Source: Bigelowiella natans CCMP2755
Lineage: Eukaryota; Protista; Cercozoa
Assembly: GCA_000320545.1 (NCBI GenBank)
Contig: ADNK01000562.1
Span: 24,590 to 88,589 of the forward strand
Length of the DNA: 64,000 nt
Reading direction: 5' to 3'
Program-made: the position numbers and the translations under genes
In this document: positions 63,501 through 64,000 of the stretch, piece after piece
Layout: the number at the start of each line of letters is the position of its first letter
Numbering within the stretch: the first letter of the stretch is position 1
The notes under the pieces: generated by a model
What the model saw: only the letters and a program-made list of their open reading frames with translations
What the model was told of the DNA's origin: nothing
Databases searched by the model: none

Positions 63501-63715
63501 GAAAGATGGAGGAAGGGGAGGGAGGGGAGGGAGAACGTGAGAAATGGACCCTCTTTTAAACATGATACATAATTACCAAAGTTATTTCCTCCTTGAAATC
63601 ATACCCGAGTACCAATGTATTAGGAACGATAAATGTGTGCACGGGCGTGTGTATGGCATAAGTGTAAGGCTGCTAGATGCGTGAACGTACACAGTTATTT
63701 GACCAAAATTGTGTG

Positions 63716-63754
<39 letters not shown>

Positions 63755-64000
63755 TGTGCGTTTGTGTTAAGAAGTCGAGAAATAAAATGTCTTTCACATA
63801 CCACATCGAATTTAGGAATCTCCATCGAAATTTGATGTTTCTTGTAAACATCGTGCACAAGTTTACCTACAGCGTCATCTTGCGTGTAGATAGCGAGAGA
63901 TTAGTTACGGCGTGTATATTCTGATTGTCCCACTGCAATGACATATCACTGCACCACGTTGGATGTCTAATGCAGTTTACAGAATGACGCTAGCTGCGGG
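57228..64000 (-). CDS. Large multi-exon gene of unknown function with MORN-like repeats; 5' end probably beyond the window
   Basis: Exons VGVYTQPDGRVYMGEFQANQPHG and KRYTGDHQGGRPNGRG resemble the MORN consensus. Many other GT/AG-bounded coding-like segments are present, and the terminal exon reads ..WDVLEPLISEALSVAN*. Full model not resolved. Confidence 0.5.
61616..61705 (+). repeat. Perfect 45-bp tandem duplication
   Basis: TATGAACTCTCCCAATCGATAAGTATAAAATATGACGTATTCCCC at 61616-61660 and 61661-61705. Confidence 0.95.

Noticed and set aside
1-64000. Poly-His, poly-LS, poly-YI, poly-CV and similar ORFs in the track
   Set aside because: Translations of intronic (CAT)n, (CT)n, (TA)n and (GT)n microsatellites.

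Overview
Gene-dense eukaryotic nuclear DNA with GT-AG introns. Several genes carry signal-peptide plus Ser/Arg/Ala-rich transit-peptide leaders and green-lineage-type products, which points to an alga with a secondary green plastid, probably a chlorarachniophyte such as Bigelowiella (inference). Hand-splicing supports about 16 protein genes: RRP9/U3-55K, a leadered HAD-phosphatase/aldo-keto-reductase fusion, a leadered PP2C, a transketolase-transaldolase-transaldolase triple fusion, an FHA-domain gene, USP48, a leadered Tudor+2xS1 protein, a membrane protein with an HH motif, an OSB-type ssDNA-binding protein, OXNAD1, a uronate-dehydrogenase-like SDR, a large MORN-like gene running off the right end, and several unknowns. 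Two signals stand out. (1) Kilobase islands almost devoid of the TpA dinucleotide: by manual count there are zero TA in 30061-31219, survivors nearby are nearly all in CTAG, and CpG is retained. This looks like a localized TpA->TpG/CpA hypermutation process, and the islands flank the fusion gene. (2) A single reading frame joins transketolase to two transaldolase copies that are nucleotide-identical over about 550 bp. All exon models and counts were made by eye.
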